Source: an uncultured Chloroflexia bacterium (GTDB taxonomy: Bacteria; Chloroflexota; Anaerolineae; JAAYZQ01). From it: DNA of 64,000 bases. The notes under the pieces are model-generated. The model was given only the letters and a program-made list of their open reading frames with translations, did no database searches and had not been told where the DNA came from. Positions 40,905-50,586 of this stretch are shown in pieces. Location: the NCBI GenBank assembly GCA_963700285.1, contig CAVOXA010000022.1, positions 256,001-320,000 of the forward strand. Reading direction: 5' to 3'. The number at the start of each line of letters is the position of its first letter. Position 1 is the stretch's first letter. Position numbers and translations under genes: made by a program.

Positions 40905-43043
40905 CTAGGGCACAGGCATACAGCGGTAGAGGCTGGCCAGGACGTCGATCACGCCATCGCCGGTGGGCGCGCCGCAGCGGACCGCCGTAAAGACGTCCGA
41001 GGGCGGCACCCAGGTTTCCGTGCCAGGGGTGCCGGTGGTCGCCTTGTCTTGGATCAGGGCGGCCAGCCCGCTGACCAGCGGCGCGGCAAACGAGGTGCCG
41101 CTCCAGTGGGCGTAGCCGATCTTGCCCTCAAAGATGTGTTGCGCAAAGCTGGTGAGACCCACGTCGCACTCGCCCTTGCATTTGTTGACGACCGACATGC
41201 ACGTGGTCTCTGTCGCCTGATCGCAATACTCCCCGTTCAGGTTCGCTAATAGGTCTGTGTTCACTCCGCCATCCCCTGCCGGGGCAGAGACATCGCCCCA
41301 GTTGGAGAAACAGGACCGTTGGCGGCTGATGTTGCTACCGGCAACGCCGATTACCGAGGGATAGGCCGCCGGCAGGTGGGGTGCTCGCGGGATAGAGTCT
41401 ACCCCGGAGTCGTTGCCTGCGGCTGCCACGACGACCGCGCCATAGTCATGAGCCACTCGTATGGCTTCCTGAAGCGATTCGACCTTGTCCTCCACAAACA
41501 CAGTCAGCGTCTCGTCGATGTACACATCCGCGCTCTTGGGCGGCCCCTCGGTGTCTTCTTCAGGAACCTTTTTGCCGGTTCCCCCGTTCTCGTCCTGTAG
41601 GGTGCATTCCCCGCCGCCTTCTCCAGTCTGCTCCTCATCTTCTTTCAGCACGATCTCGGTATCCGTCGAGGGCTTTTGCAGGCCCAGGCTGAGGTTGATG
41701 ACGGCACCGTCCAGGGAATCCCGTCTAGTCTCGAATTCGGCGACAAAGTTGAGCAGCGCCTCGTTCAGGGCGAACAGTTGGCCGCAACCAGTATCGTCCA
41801 GCACTTGCACCAGCATGATGTCAGCGTCTGGTGCCATGCCGTGGATCAGGCCGGACACGAACAAGCCGTGGTCGCGGACGTCCGCAACCGGCACGGTGAA
41901 GCTGGGCAACGTGGCGGGCGTCGACGGAGACATCAGCTCAAGTACCCAGGCCGGGCTCACTCCGTCCTCGGCGGTCAGCGAGACCGTTGTCGTCCCCTTG
42001 TCCCAAGCAGAACCGGGGGTCCCGGGCTCGGGGACGGGGAAAGGCGAGGTATCGAACACGCCCGCCAGTACGCCGGCGCCGGTCGGCAGTTCTGTCAGCG
42101 GCATGGTGGCCGTGGGCCACGGGCTCAGGCCGATGTGTTTGAAAGCCCACTGGTCCCGGAACTGCTTGGTCGTCGCCTTGCTGGCGGTACCAAGGGGACT
42201 GGGCCCGATGCTGTGCTTGAGAATCTCTACGGTGTCCTTGCCCTGTTCCAGGGGGTCCGGCTGGTACCACTCAACGCTCTCAAAAGGGCTGGGCCCGTAC
42301 GAGTAGGGGCTGGGTCCAATGCTGTGCTTGCTACCGCAGGAACTCAGCCCCAGGAGCCCGGTCCAGTAGTTGGCGTCGGCATAGACGGGCTCGCGACCTC
42401 TGGCCTCCTCGAAGGCCTTGAGCGTTTCCGCCACCATCCCTCTGGTCTCAATGGTGTACAGCCTGGTTTGAAGCACCTCTCGGCCAGGATCGCTGCTCAG
42501 GCTGACCCGGCAAGTGCGGTGCTGGCTTAGTGTGATTGTCTCGGACACCTGATCGGCAACGAGGTTCATCACCTCCTCGTTCGGACCGGTGACGATGATC
42601 TGATCCTCGAGAAAGTAGGGCTGGGGCTCTGTCGTCCGTGGCTCGGGGTACTCTCCTTCGCAGGTGACAATGATCTGGGGCTCCTGCGGTGGCGCCTGTG
42701 TCGCCTGCGCTGGCTCTCTCGCCTCTTCTGGCTGCGCCAGCTTTTCCCATACGCTTGGGCCCAGGGTCATTGCCGCCAGCAGACACACTATGACGAACGC
42801 CACAACCAGTCCAGCGGCAAGGATTTTTAGGATGCGCCAGTGTTTCGCGGCGACGTCTTTTCCCCCGTTTTCGTCTTCTCTTCTGTTTTCGTGGCTGCTG
42901 GGTGCTATGCTGCTACTTTCCTCTTGCACCCCCCCACCTTTTCCGGATCCGGCCTCCCCTCGGGGCGCCGTGGCCCCCTCTGGAGCCTCGCTCCCTTCAG
43001 GCGCCGCGCTGTCGTTGGTTCCCATCTTCTTCTTGTCTGCCAT
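40905..43043 (-). CDS. Membrane-anchored S8 (subtilase) serine peptidase
   Basis: One TM helix near the N-terminus; GVFDTS, DHGLFVSG, INLSLG, AAAGND, SGTSFAAP. Confidence 0.9.
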   Translation of the reverse strand: MADKKKMGTNDSAAPEGSEAPEGATAPRGEAGSGKGGGVQEESSSIAPSSHENRREDENGGKDVAAKHWRILKILAAGLVVAFVIVCLLAAMTLGPSVWEKLAQPEEAREPAQATQAPPQEPQIIVTCEGEYPEPRTTEPQPYFLEDQIIVTGPNEEVMNLVADQVSETITLSQHRTCRVSLSSDPGREVLQTRLYTIETRGMVAETLKAFEEARGREPVYADANYWTGLLGLSSCGSKHSIGPSPYSYGPSPFESVEWYQPDPLEQGKDTVEILKHSIGPSPLGTASKATTKQFRDQWAFKHIGLSPWPTATMPLTELPTGAGVLAGVFDTSPFPVPEPGTPGSAWDKGTTTVSLTAEDGVSPAWVLELMSPSTPATLPSFTVPVADVRDHGLFVSGLIHGMAPDADIMLVQVLDDTGCGQLFALNEALLNFVAEFETRRDSLDGAVINLSLGLQKPSTDTEIVLKEDEEQTGEGGGECTLQDENGGTGKKVPEEDTEGPPKSADVYIDETLTVFVEDKVESLQEAIRVAHDYGAVVVAAAGNDSGVDSIPRAPHLPAAYPSVIGVAGSNISRQRSCFSNWGDVSAPAGDGGVNTDLLANLNGEYCDQATETTCMSVVNKCKGECDVGLTSFAQHIFEGKIGYAHWSGTSFAAPLVSGLAALIQDKATTGTPGTETWVPPSDVFTAVRCGAPTGDGVIDVLASLYRCMPVP

Positions 43044-43140
43044 CGACTTTTCTCCCTTCTCTGCTGACCCAGCGGACGCGTCGTCCTCCTGGGTATCCGG
43101 CGAGGTCTCCGCTCCTCAGGACCGCATGTACTTCCAGACT

Positions 43141-43170
43141 ATGAACGCCGAGCCTGCGGCTTTTCCGGCA
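43141..43170 (-). promoter_or_regulatory. Putative ECF promoter upstream of S8
   Basis: TGCCGGAAA-agccgcaggctcgg-CGTTCAT. Confidence 0.6.
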
Positions 43171-43216
43171 CTGGGATCCACTCTGGTATACTCCCCGGTC
43201 GGATTCGGCGGAGCTG

Positions 43217-46093
43217 CTACAGGGGTCCAGCCGCACCAACAAGGAAGAACGGGGCCCAGTAGTAGGGATGCGCGCCAACAGCAGGCCCACCGCCATCTCC
43301 CTCCTGCAGGAACTGCAACTGGGCGTGGCGCAGCGCTGCCCCCTTGGTCCATCCTTCCGACAGCTTTTCGTAAAAGGCGACCATCAGTTCGGCTGTGGAA
43401 CGGTCCTCGACCGCCCACAGGCTGAGTACCAGCGAGGCCGCCCCGGCGCAGAGAAAGGCCCTCATCAGGCCCAAGAGTTCGTCTCCTCCGCCGACGACGT
43501 TGCGCCCCGTCTGGCAGGCGCTGAGCGTGACCAGCGAGGCCTGAAGGCGCAGACCAAAGATGTCGAGGGTGGTCAGCCAGCCGTCGGATAGGGATAGGCC
43601 AGAGAAGAGAGGGTTATCCGCCCGGAAATCTCCGTGGGCGGCCAGGTGTACGGTGCGAACCTGGCCCATCATCTCCCCGATTTCCTCCGGCCTGGCCTGG
43701 TCCTCCAGCAGGACCTGGCCCCCCAGGAGCGCGGCCACCGCTTGGGCCTCGTGTACAACGTGGGGCAGGTGACCGCTGAGGGAATGCCCAACCGCCAGCA
43801 AGCCCGAATGGGCCAGTGGGGCCTCCTGGCAGTAGCGCAGGAAGCTTGCGCCGGGCAGGTAGCTGACCTCGTACTGCTCCAGAAGGTACGACGTCCCATC
43901 GTGCAGGGCATGAAAGGGCAGGTAGTGCAGCAGGCCGTGGGGCACAACGACCAGCTTCTGGTATCCCCCCAGGTAACTGGCCAGCGGCGCCAAAAGCAAC
44001 TGGTAGAGCTTGTGCAGGAGACCCCGGGCGTTGGCCGCTAGCCTGGTCACCTGTTCCTCTCCGCTCCGGGGCACGGCCTCCAGATTGAGCCACAGACGCT
44101 TCACAATCGGTTGGATGTCGGCCAGTTTACAGCCCAAGCGGTGGGCCTGCACCTCGCGGTCCGAGACCAAGAACGCGATCAGTTCTCCGTGCAGGCAAAA
44201 GTACTCGATCAGCAGGGTATCCGGCGGCAAATAGGGTTGGACCGGCTCGGTGCGGATGGTCCACAGGCTGGCCTCGCGCGCATAGTCGGCGTTTCGGATC
44301 AGAAGCCGGTGCCACAGATCCGTGATCTCTTGCTCTAGACCCAGCACCTCCTGCTGGGCCTGGCGGCGATCCGCGTCCGCCGAAGACCAGCCCCGTTCGG
44401 CGGATTCGTCGTCGCCTTCCCAGCGGCGGTACAGTCGATCTCGCTTGGCACGCAGCCGGAGGAGCTCGTCGACCAGGGGGCGGTCGGCTTCGCTGTGGGC
44501 CTGGATCCCCAGGCTGAGGCGATGGGTCACCAGGTCGAGCAGGCTGCGGCTCTTGGCCTGCTCTGCAACCTGCAGTCCGCGCGCTGGATTGCCCAGTTCC
44601 AGGCAGGCAGCTACGGCGTCCTCGTAGAGGGTCTCCTTGTCTTCCACGAAACCGACCCGGAACTCGACCATCAGGCGGCCTCGCAGACGCTCCACTCTTT
44701 CGATGGCCCGGTCGTAGGCTGCCAGGGCAGCCGGCAGATCCCCCGCTCCGGCTGCCACGGCGCCCAAAATGTGCTGGCCCTGGTACTCAAGCGCCGGGAC
44801 ATTGTGCTCCTGGGCGGCGCTCAGTGCCTGCTCGGCCAGCGCGCGGGCCAGGTCACCACTTTCCAGCGCCGCCGCGGCCCGGGCGGCTACTAGGCGAGCC
44901 TGTGCGCCTTCGATGGGCAGGTCGTGAGCGCCAAAGACCGCAGCGCAGTCCTGGGCCAGGGCCAGGCTTTCCTGGTAGCGCCCCTGCCGCTGGAGTACGG
45001 CCGCGATCTCGACGTCGGTGGAGGCCGCCAGGGCGCGGTTGCCCTCCGCCTCGAAGGCTTTGCGTGCTTCGGCCAGAGAGGCCAGGGCGTCTTCATAGCG
45101 GCCCAATTCTGCGTAGGCGACCGCCTCGTTGACGACGGCATGGCCTACCCAGTCTCGCATGCCGAGGCTGGCTAAAAGAGTGCGCGCCCGTTGGCATGTC
45201 TTCAGGACGTCGCCAAACCGCCGGAGCTGCAAGAGGCAATCGCTGGTGAGAAGCTCCACCACCATGGCGTCGCGCTGGCGACCATCGGCCAAAAAGATCT
45301 CACGCACCTGTTCAAGGTGGGCCAGGGCCTCGTTGTAGCGCCCCAGGACAAAGTAGGTGAGGGCCAGGCACTGGCGTGCTCGAGCCGCTTCGACCGTCTG
45401 TCCCTGGCGCTCCATCCCGGACATGGCCGTCCGGCTGGCCTCGATCGATTCCTCGAAACGTCCCAGCGTGCAGAGGGCGACGGCCCGATTCTGTTGGGCC
45501 AACAGCCACATAGACTGACCATCGGCGCCAATCTCCTCGTATAGTTCGGCCGCCCGGTCAAAGCTCGCCAACGAGCGTAGTTCATCTCCGGCGCGGCTGT
45601 GGACGATGCCCAGGTTCATGGTTAGCGTGGCCAGGATCTGCCATTCGCCTTCCTCCTCCAGCACGCCGCTGGCCCACCGCCCGGCTTCGAGGGCTTTTTC
45701 GTAGCGGCCCAGATTGGCCAGTGCGCCGATCTTGCCTACCTGGGAGCGGGCCTGCTCCGTGGCACGCCCGTGGCTGCCATAGATCTCGGCCGCCTGATCG
45801 TACAAAGCGATAGACTTTTCGTACTCGGCCAGGCCGATGCAAAGGGCATTGGCCTGGGCCAAAAGGCCTTGGGCGTGGTGCAGGCGGTCGCCCGATAGCT
45901 CGGCCAGGACAAAGAGAAGCTGGGCGGTCTCTTGCGAGCGATGGATGTCCGACCAGAGGTACTGGTCGGCCTGGCCTTTGAGCGCAGTTGCGACCTGGCC
46001 GTCCAGCAGGGCGGCGTTGGCCCGCAGGAACCTTTCCTGGGCCCTCACGTCGGGGAGTGCCAGCAGTCTCTCGATCAGTTCCTCAGTGGACAT
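43217..46093 (-). CDS. TPR-repeat CHAT (caspase-like) domain protein
   Basis: TPR array; VVPHGLLHYLPFHAL, HLAAHG, LSACQTG (intact His/Cys dyad), SLWAVED, HPYYWAPF. Confidence 0.93.
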   Translation of the reverse strand: MSTEELIERLLALPDVRAQERFLRANAALLDGQVATALKGQADQYLWSDIHRSQETAQLLFVLAELSGDRLHHAQGLLAQANALCIGLAEYEKSIALYDQAAEIYGSHGRATEQARSQVGKIGALANLGRYEKALEAGRWASGVLEEEGEWQILATLTMNLGIVHSRAGDELRSLASFDRAAELYEEIGADGQSMWLLAQQNRAVALCTLGRFEESIEASRTAMSGMERQGQTVEAARARQCLALTYFVLGRYNEALAHLEQVREIFLADGRQRDAMVVELLTSDCLLQLRRFGDVLKTCQRARTLLASLGMRDWVGHAVVNEAVAYAELGRYEDALASLAEARKAFEAEGNRALAASTDVEIAAVLQRQGRYQESLALAQDCAAVFGAHDLPIEGAQARLVAARAAAALESGDLARALAEQALSAAQEHNVPALEYQGQHILGAVAAGAGDLPAALAAYDRAIERVERLRGRLMVEFRVGFVEDKETLYEDAVAACLELGNPARGLQVAEQAKSRSLLDLVTHRLSLGIQAHSEADRPLVDELLRLRAKRDRLYRRWEGDDESAERGWSSADADRRQAQQEVLGLEQEITDLWHRLLIRNADYAREASLWTIRTEPVQPYLPPDTLLIEYFCLHGELIAFLVSDREVQAHRLGCKLADIQPIVKRLWLNLEAVPRSGEEQVTRLAANARGLLHKLYQLLLAPLASYLGGYQKLVVVPHGLLHYLPFHALHDGTSYLLEQYEVSYLPGASFLRYCQEAPLAHSGLLAVGHSLSGHLPHVVHEAQAVAALLGGQVLLEDQARPEEIGEMMGQVRTVHLAAHGDFRADNPLFSGLSLSDGWLTTLDIFGLRLQASLVTLSACQTGRNVVGGGDELLGLMRAFLCAGAASLVLSLWAVEDRSTAELMVAFYEKLSEGWTKGAALRHAQLQFLQEGDGGGPAVGAHPYYWAPFFLVGAAGPL

Positions 46094-46115
46094 GATCCTC
46101 TTTGGCGTCAGGCGC

Positions 46116-46853
46116 CTATGGATCGCCTATCTTCAGCTCCGGGATCTGGATCTCCACCTCGCGCCCGCTGAGCATCAGTTGGTAGTCTCCCGGGGCCAGG
46201 TTGGAGATGGTAAAGTTGCCCAATTCATCCACGGCAACCTCCGCGACCAGCCGGTCATCCTGCCAAAGCCGGGCCTCCAGGCCGCTGGGTTCTCCACCAG
46301 CGACCAAGCCCAGCAGGCCAAGGAACTCCTGCCGCTCGTCGTCGTGCTCGATCTCGACGACCAGTTGGTACTCTTCAGCCTGGTAGACCAGAGGTCCCCC
46401 CTCCTCGTCACCACGCAGCCCGGCAAAGGCCGGAGCGGGTGCCAGTGTGGGCAACTGGCCCGGCCCCGGTACCCTCCGTACCAACTCGGCGATCACGATC
46501 TTGACTTGCTCCAGCGCGCCCAGTGCAACGTCTGGCGCCAGCTCAGCCAGGTAGGTCTGTAACTGCGCGACTTCGCGGCTGCAGTGAGGACATTCCGCCA
46601 GGTGTAGGGCTACCGCCCCGGCCTGTTCCTGGCCCAGCAGGCCCAAATGGTATTCTCCCAGGTCTGTCGAGGAAGGGCAGGCAAGGCGGTACAGCCTGGA
46701 GGCCAGGCGTCCTTGCAGCAGGGCCAATTGGCTGGCTCTCTCCCTGCACTGCGCGCACTGCCCCACGTGCTCGACCACCTCGCTGTCTGCCTCGCCATCA
46801 AGGTAGGCCAAGAGCTGCGCATCCCCCAACTCTGGCCTGTGTTCACTTGTCAT
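46116..46853 (-). CDS. Putative soluble anti-sigma factor with two zf-HC2 motifs and a C-terminal beta-sandwich
   Basis: LLAYLDG..EHVGQCAQC and EYHLG..HLAECPHC; AGLRG; VDELGNFTISNLAPGDYQL; no TM segment. Confidence 0.75.
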   Translation of the reverse strand: MTSEHRPELGDAQLLAYLDGEADSEVVEHVGQCAQCRERASQLALLQGRLASRLYRLACPSSTDLGEYHLGLLGQEQAGAVALHLAECPHCSREVAQLQTYLAELAPDVALGALEQVKIVIAELVRRVPGPGQLPTLAPAPAFAGLRGDEEGGPLVYQAEEYQLVVEIEHDDERQEFLGLLGLVAGGEPSGLEARLWQDDRLVAEVAVDELGNFTISNLAPGDYQLMLSGREVEIQIPELKIGDP

Positions 46854-46898
46854 GGGTTCCTCTCCTTCGCGATACTAAACGCAGCAACCCGCCCTTTT

Positions 46899-47603
46899 TC
46901 ATGCATCGCCCCGCAAGATCTTTTGCAGTTCGGTATCGCGGCCCAGCCGGGCGAGTACGTTCTCCTTGATGCGGTAGACCTCTTTTACATCGCGAAAGCT
47001 CTCCTCGAACTGGGCGTAAAGCTCGCGGGGCTTGAGGGCCAGAACGAAGGAGCCATAGACGATGATCCGCTCTCGATCATCGTTGAGGCGCGCGGTCACC
47101 TGCTGCCAGAGCTCCTCGCGGCGAAAGCGATCCCATTCCTGTTCACCGCCTGGGGCCCCGTCTGTCGCGGCCTGGCCGGAATGGCCCTCCGGCTCAAGGT
47201 CGACGAGCTGGAGTTGGGCCCGCCGGGAATCGTCGATGATGGCGCTGTGCGCGCACATCTGCAGGTAGCGCAGCAGTGACTTGAGATCAGGAAAGCGCTG
47301 GAACCTCTCGGGTGGCAGGGCGACCCACATCTTTTCAAAGGCGCGATTGACAAAGTACTGGACCTCCTCGCCGCTGGCCGGAAAGGAGGAATGGCGCCGG
47401 ATCCAGCCGATCACAAGGGGGCGGTACTGGGTGTAGACCAGGTCCCAGGCGTCCTGGTCTCGTTCGACGATGGCGCGGCGGAACATTTCGAAGCAGAACC
47501 GGGGGTTGTGTCGCTTCTTTTGGAAAAAGAGGGTCGTTTCCTGAGCGCAGCGGCGCGCGATGCCAACAAGAGGTACTTGCTTCAAGTCATTCTGTTGGGC
47601 CAT
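46899..47603 (-). CDS. ECF-type sigma-70 factor
   Basis: DQDAWDLVYTQYRPLV..W, VNRAFEKMW, YLQMCAHSAIIDDSRR (region 2); region-4-like C-terminus. Confidence 0.8.
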   Translation of the reverse strand: MAQQNDLKQVPLVGIARRCAQETTLFFQKKRHNPRFCFEMFRRAIVERDQDAWDLVYTQYRPLVIGWIRRHSSFPASGEEVQYFVNRAFEKMWVALPPERFQRFPDLKSLLRYLQMCAHSAIIDDSRRAQLQLVDLEPEGHSGQAATDGAPGGEQEWDRFRREELWQQVTARLNDDRERIIVYGSFVLALKPRELYAQFEESFRDVKEVYRIKENVLARLGRDTELQKILRGDA

Positions 47604-48004
47604 GTGCTCCACACCCAGTCGCTCGGGGCATCGGCTGTCCTGCCGGATCATGGAAACCGCCAGCCGGCACAGTTGCTGGCACCGCCGCTTTCCCACACCT
47701 GCTGCGGTTGGCCAGGTTACCGTGAGCTTGCGGTACAGGTTGGATGGGCTGAATGTCCGCCCCATTTCCCCCAAATTATACCATAACGAGGGCGCTTTTG
47801 CAAGGGGCAAAAGTAGGGACAGTATGCCTGGCTGTCCCGTTCGATGTTTTGCCGTCCCATCTAAAAGATAGTATAATGTGGCCCGCGGCCCTGACGCCAA
47901 TCAGTTTCCATCATGTCGGATGGAGTCACAAACACAGGCTCCTCGGCGCCGCCAACGCGGGCGGGGAGCCGAGCCGGTCAGCACAAGAACCGTGGGGAGA
48001 GGGC

Positions 48005-48646
48005 ATGATCCGCCTGTTGATCGTCACCGAGATTGAACTCATTGGCAATGTCCTTGCTGCCTCGATGGAGGAAGCGCCGGACATAGAGGTTATCGGCTGC
48101 GCCACCTCTGCGGAAGAGGCGATGAGTAGGGTAGCGGAAGCCGACGTGATCCTGGTGAGCCCCAGGCTGCCCGAAGAAGGCGCCCTGAGGCTCACCACAA
48201 CCATCGCCGAAAACCATGCTTCGGTCAAAATCCTGGCCTTTGGTTTGGCCGAATCCCAAGCCCAGGTCCTCAAGTACATCGAGGCCGGCGCCGACGGATA
48301 TGTGGCCAGTGACGACTCGGTCGAGGATCTGCTGACACGTATCCGCCTTGCTCACCAGGACAAGGCTGTGGTCTCTCCCGCAATCGCTGCCGCCTTGATG
48401 TCGAGGGTGAAAATGTACGCCCAGTTGCTCTCCGACGTCGAATTGGGGCTGTACGAAGACGCGGACCTGACTCCCCGCGAGCGCGAGGTCCTCGATCTGA
48501 TCGCCCTCGGGCTCAGCAATCAAGAGATTGCCGACCGGTTGGTTATCGAAGTGGGCACGGTCAAGAACCACGTCCACAGCATTCTGCAAAAGTTGAACGT
48601 GGGCAGCCGGGAGGACGCCGCGGCCTATCTGGCCCTTGTGGAATAG
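48005..48646 (+). CDS. NarL/LuxR family response regulator with atypical receiver domain
   Basis: LTPREREVLDLIALGLSNQEIADRL..TVKNHVHSILQKL; receiver has DVILVS where the phospho-Asp is expected. Confidence 0.9.
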   Translation: MIRLLIVTEIELIGNVLAASMEEAPDIEVIGCATSAEEAMSRVAEADVILVSPRLPEEGALRLTTTIAENHASVKILAFGLAESQAQVLKYIEAGADGYVASDDSVEDLLTRIRLAHQDKAVVSPAIAAALMSRVKMYAQLLSDVELGLYEDADLTPREREVLDLIALGLSNQEIADRLVIEVGTVKNHVHSILQKLNVGSREDAAAYLALVE

Positions 48647-48964
48647 GACACAGCCGGCCAAGGAACAGCCCCAACCATCTTTTCAGCAGCCTCGGCGTCG
48701 TTCCCCAGTGACGCCTCGCTCGACACCAAATCTCATCAAGGTTTGACCGGAGAGAGACCCTGGCGTGGGTCTCGTCGCCCTCCTTCTTGCCTGGATATAT
48801 CCACATTTATATCCTTGGCCTATACCTCGATACATGGACACGGGCCCTCTTTTCGGTTATCCTAAAGATGGGACTATGGTCGCGCAAATGATTCGCCAGT
48901 GGCCCTGGTCTGTGTGGCACAGGTCGGCCCCTGGCCTGCGAAAGCACCGGAGGTAAGGTCAACC

Positions 48965-49360
48965 ATGCAAAGGAGCCGAGTCATATTGGCCAATGAGCCA
49001 AGACTGCTGCGGGGGATGCTTCGGCGCGCGATTTCCAGAGCGCCTGGGTTGCAGGTGGCGGGCGAGACGACGGATCCGGGGGAGCTGTCATCCCTGGTTC
49101 GCGAGAGCGGCGCCCAGTGGGTCATCACATCGCTCTGGCCCGAGGGGTTGGCGCCCAGCATTGTCCAGGCCCTGTTGATAGAGCAACCGGCCCTGTCCAT
49201 CCTGGGCATGGCCGCCGACGGCAGCCGGGCCAAGATCGCACGCCTGATTGCGGAAGAAGAAACGCGCCAAGACCTATCTTGGGAAGATTTGTTGACGATT
49301 CTCAGTCGCCCAGAATCTGCTGCCCAAAGGCTTGCCACGGGCGGCGATCCCGACTCATAG
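48965..49360 (+). CDS. Degenerate stand-alone receiver-like protein
   Basis: GGAGG RBS; RVILANEPRLLRGML...GLQVAGE resembles a NarL receiver N-terminus. Confidence 0.6.
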   Translation: MQRSRVILANEPRLLRGMLRRAISRAPGLQVAGETTDPGELSSLVRESGAQWVITSLWPEGLAPSIVQALLIEQPALSILGMAADGSRAKIARLIAEEETRQDLSWEDLLTILSRPESAAQRLATGGDPDS

Positions 49361-49448
49361 CGTGACATGCGGATCGCATTGGCTGCAGGCCAATTTAGAC
49401 CGAGCGAAGCCGAGGGACAGCAGGCAAAGTGTAGGAAAGGATGGCATT

Positions 49449-49652
49449 ATGCCGAAACTGAAAACTCATAAGGCAACTGCAAAACGGTTCAAGATCACAG
49501 GCAAGGGCAGGCTGCGCCGGCTAAAGGCGCGACGCAGTCACCTGCGCCGTACAAAGTCAAAGCGAGTCCGCCGCTCCTTCGATAAGGACCAGCCCGTGGC
49601 CAGAGTCGATCGCAAGCGCGTCAGGCGGCTTCTGGGGCTGGGAAGGCCATAG
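49449..49652 (+). CDS. rpmI: 50S ribosomal protein bL35
   Basis: MPKLKTHKATAKRFKITGKG...SHLRRTKS. Confidence 0.92.
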   Translation: MPKLKTHKATAKRFKITGKGRLRRLKARRSHLRRTKSKRVRRSFDKDQPVARVDRKRVRRLLGLGRP

Positions 49653-49776
49653 GAGGCTGATCATGGTTGCGCGTCACAGGCTCACCCTACTCCGGCCGGC
49701 TGCCCTGCGGGTACGCGAGACACTCTCTGCGCCGCCATGCCCCTTGCCGTCTGAGCCGCAAAAACGATCGAGGCTC

Positions 49777-50004
49777 ATGGAGCGGAAACTGAGAACCGTC
49801 AAGCCAACGAGGTTGGCTGAGGTTCTGCGCGACCTTGCCTGGCGCCAAAGGACAGGGCAAGCCAGTGAACAGGACGTGCGCCTTTTGCGCCGCGCTGATC
49901 GAGAACTGGCTCGTTGGCTGGCCACGCAAACGGGCGAAGAGACGAAATGGGTCCGGCGACGGATGTGGGGCCTCGTCGACAGGGCCATCTCCCGTTTCGC
50001 CTGA
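49777..50004 (+). CDS. Small basic hypothetical protein
   Basis: ATG after GAGG; fits the operon spacing. Confidence 0.5.
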   Translation: MERKLRTVKPTRLAEVLRDLAWRQRTGQASEQDVRLLRRADRELARWLATQTGEETKWVRRRMWGLVDRAISRFA

Positions 50005-50029
50005 CGGGACAACAACCATGGGGGGCAAC

Positions 50030-50392
50030 ATGAAAGCTACAAAGCAATATCTTGAAAGACGATTGGCCGAAACACGCCAGGAACTGGCCCGGCTGGATAA
50101 GCGCCTGAAGGCAAAAGGCGATTATGGTCCGGGTAGAGGAGATCCGCTTATCGTGCGTTGGGAACTCAACCTGGCGATCCGAGAAAGGACCCAGGAAAGG
50201 CTTGAACAACTGGAAGAGGCTCTGGCGCGCCTGGACGAAGGGGACTATGGCAGTTGCGAGTCCTGCGGGCTGCCCATCCATCCGGAACGACTGGAAGCCT
50301 TGCCGGGCGCCACGCTCTGCATCAAGTGCGCGCGCGACATGGAGCAGGATGGCAGGCTGTCGGCCCTTGCCCTGGCTCAGGCTGCCCAGTGA
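50030..50392 (+). CDS. TraR/DksA C4-type zinc finger protein
   Basis: ALARLDEGDYGSCESCGLPIHPERLEALPGATLCIKC. Confidence 0.9.
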   Translation: MKATKQYLERRLAETRQELARLDKRLKAKGDYGPGRGDPLIVRWELNLAIRERTQERLEQLEEALARLDEGDYGSCESCGLPIHPERLEALPGATLCIKCARDMEQDGRLSALALAQAAQ

Positions 50393-50438
50393 GCGGGCGA
50401 TAGACTCCAAGTCATGAAGAAGGAAAGGTGGGATTGCC

Positions 50439-50537
50439 GTGGGTAGCGTCAAGAAATGGCGCAAGAAAAAGATTGCGAAGCACAAACATAGGAAAAAGCT
50501 GAAAAAGACCCGCTGGATCCGTCGCAGCAGAGGATAA
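50439..50537 (+). CDS. bS22 / AURKAIP1-COX24 (DUF1713) small ribosomal protein; not in ORF track
   Basis: GTG start; MGSVKKWRKKKIAKHKHRKKLKKTRWIRRSRG. Confidence 0.85.
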   Translation: MGSVKKWRKKKIAKHKHRKKLKKTRWIRRSRG

Positions 50538-50586
50538 GGATAGCGGGTTGCATAGCCTCGCGTCGGGCAGGGTCGAACGATGGCCA

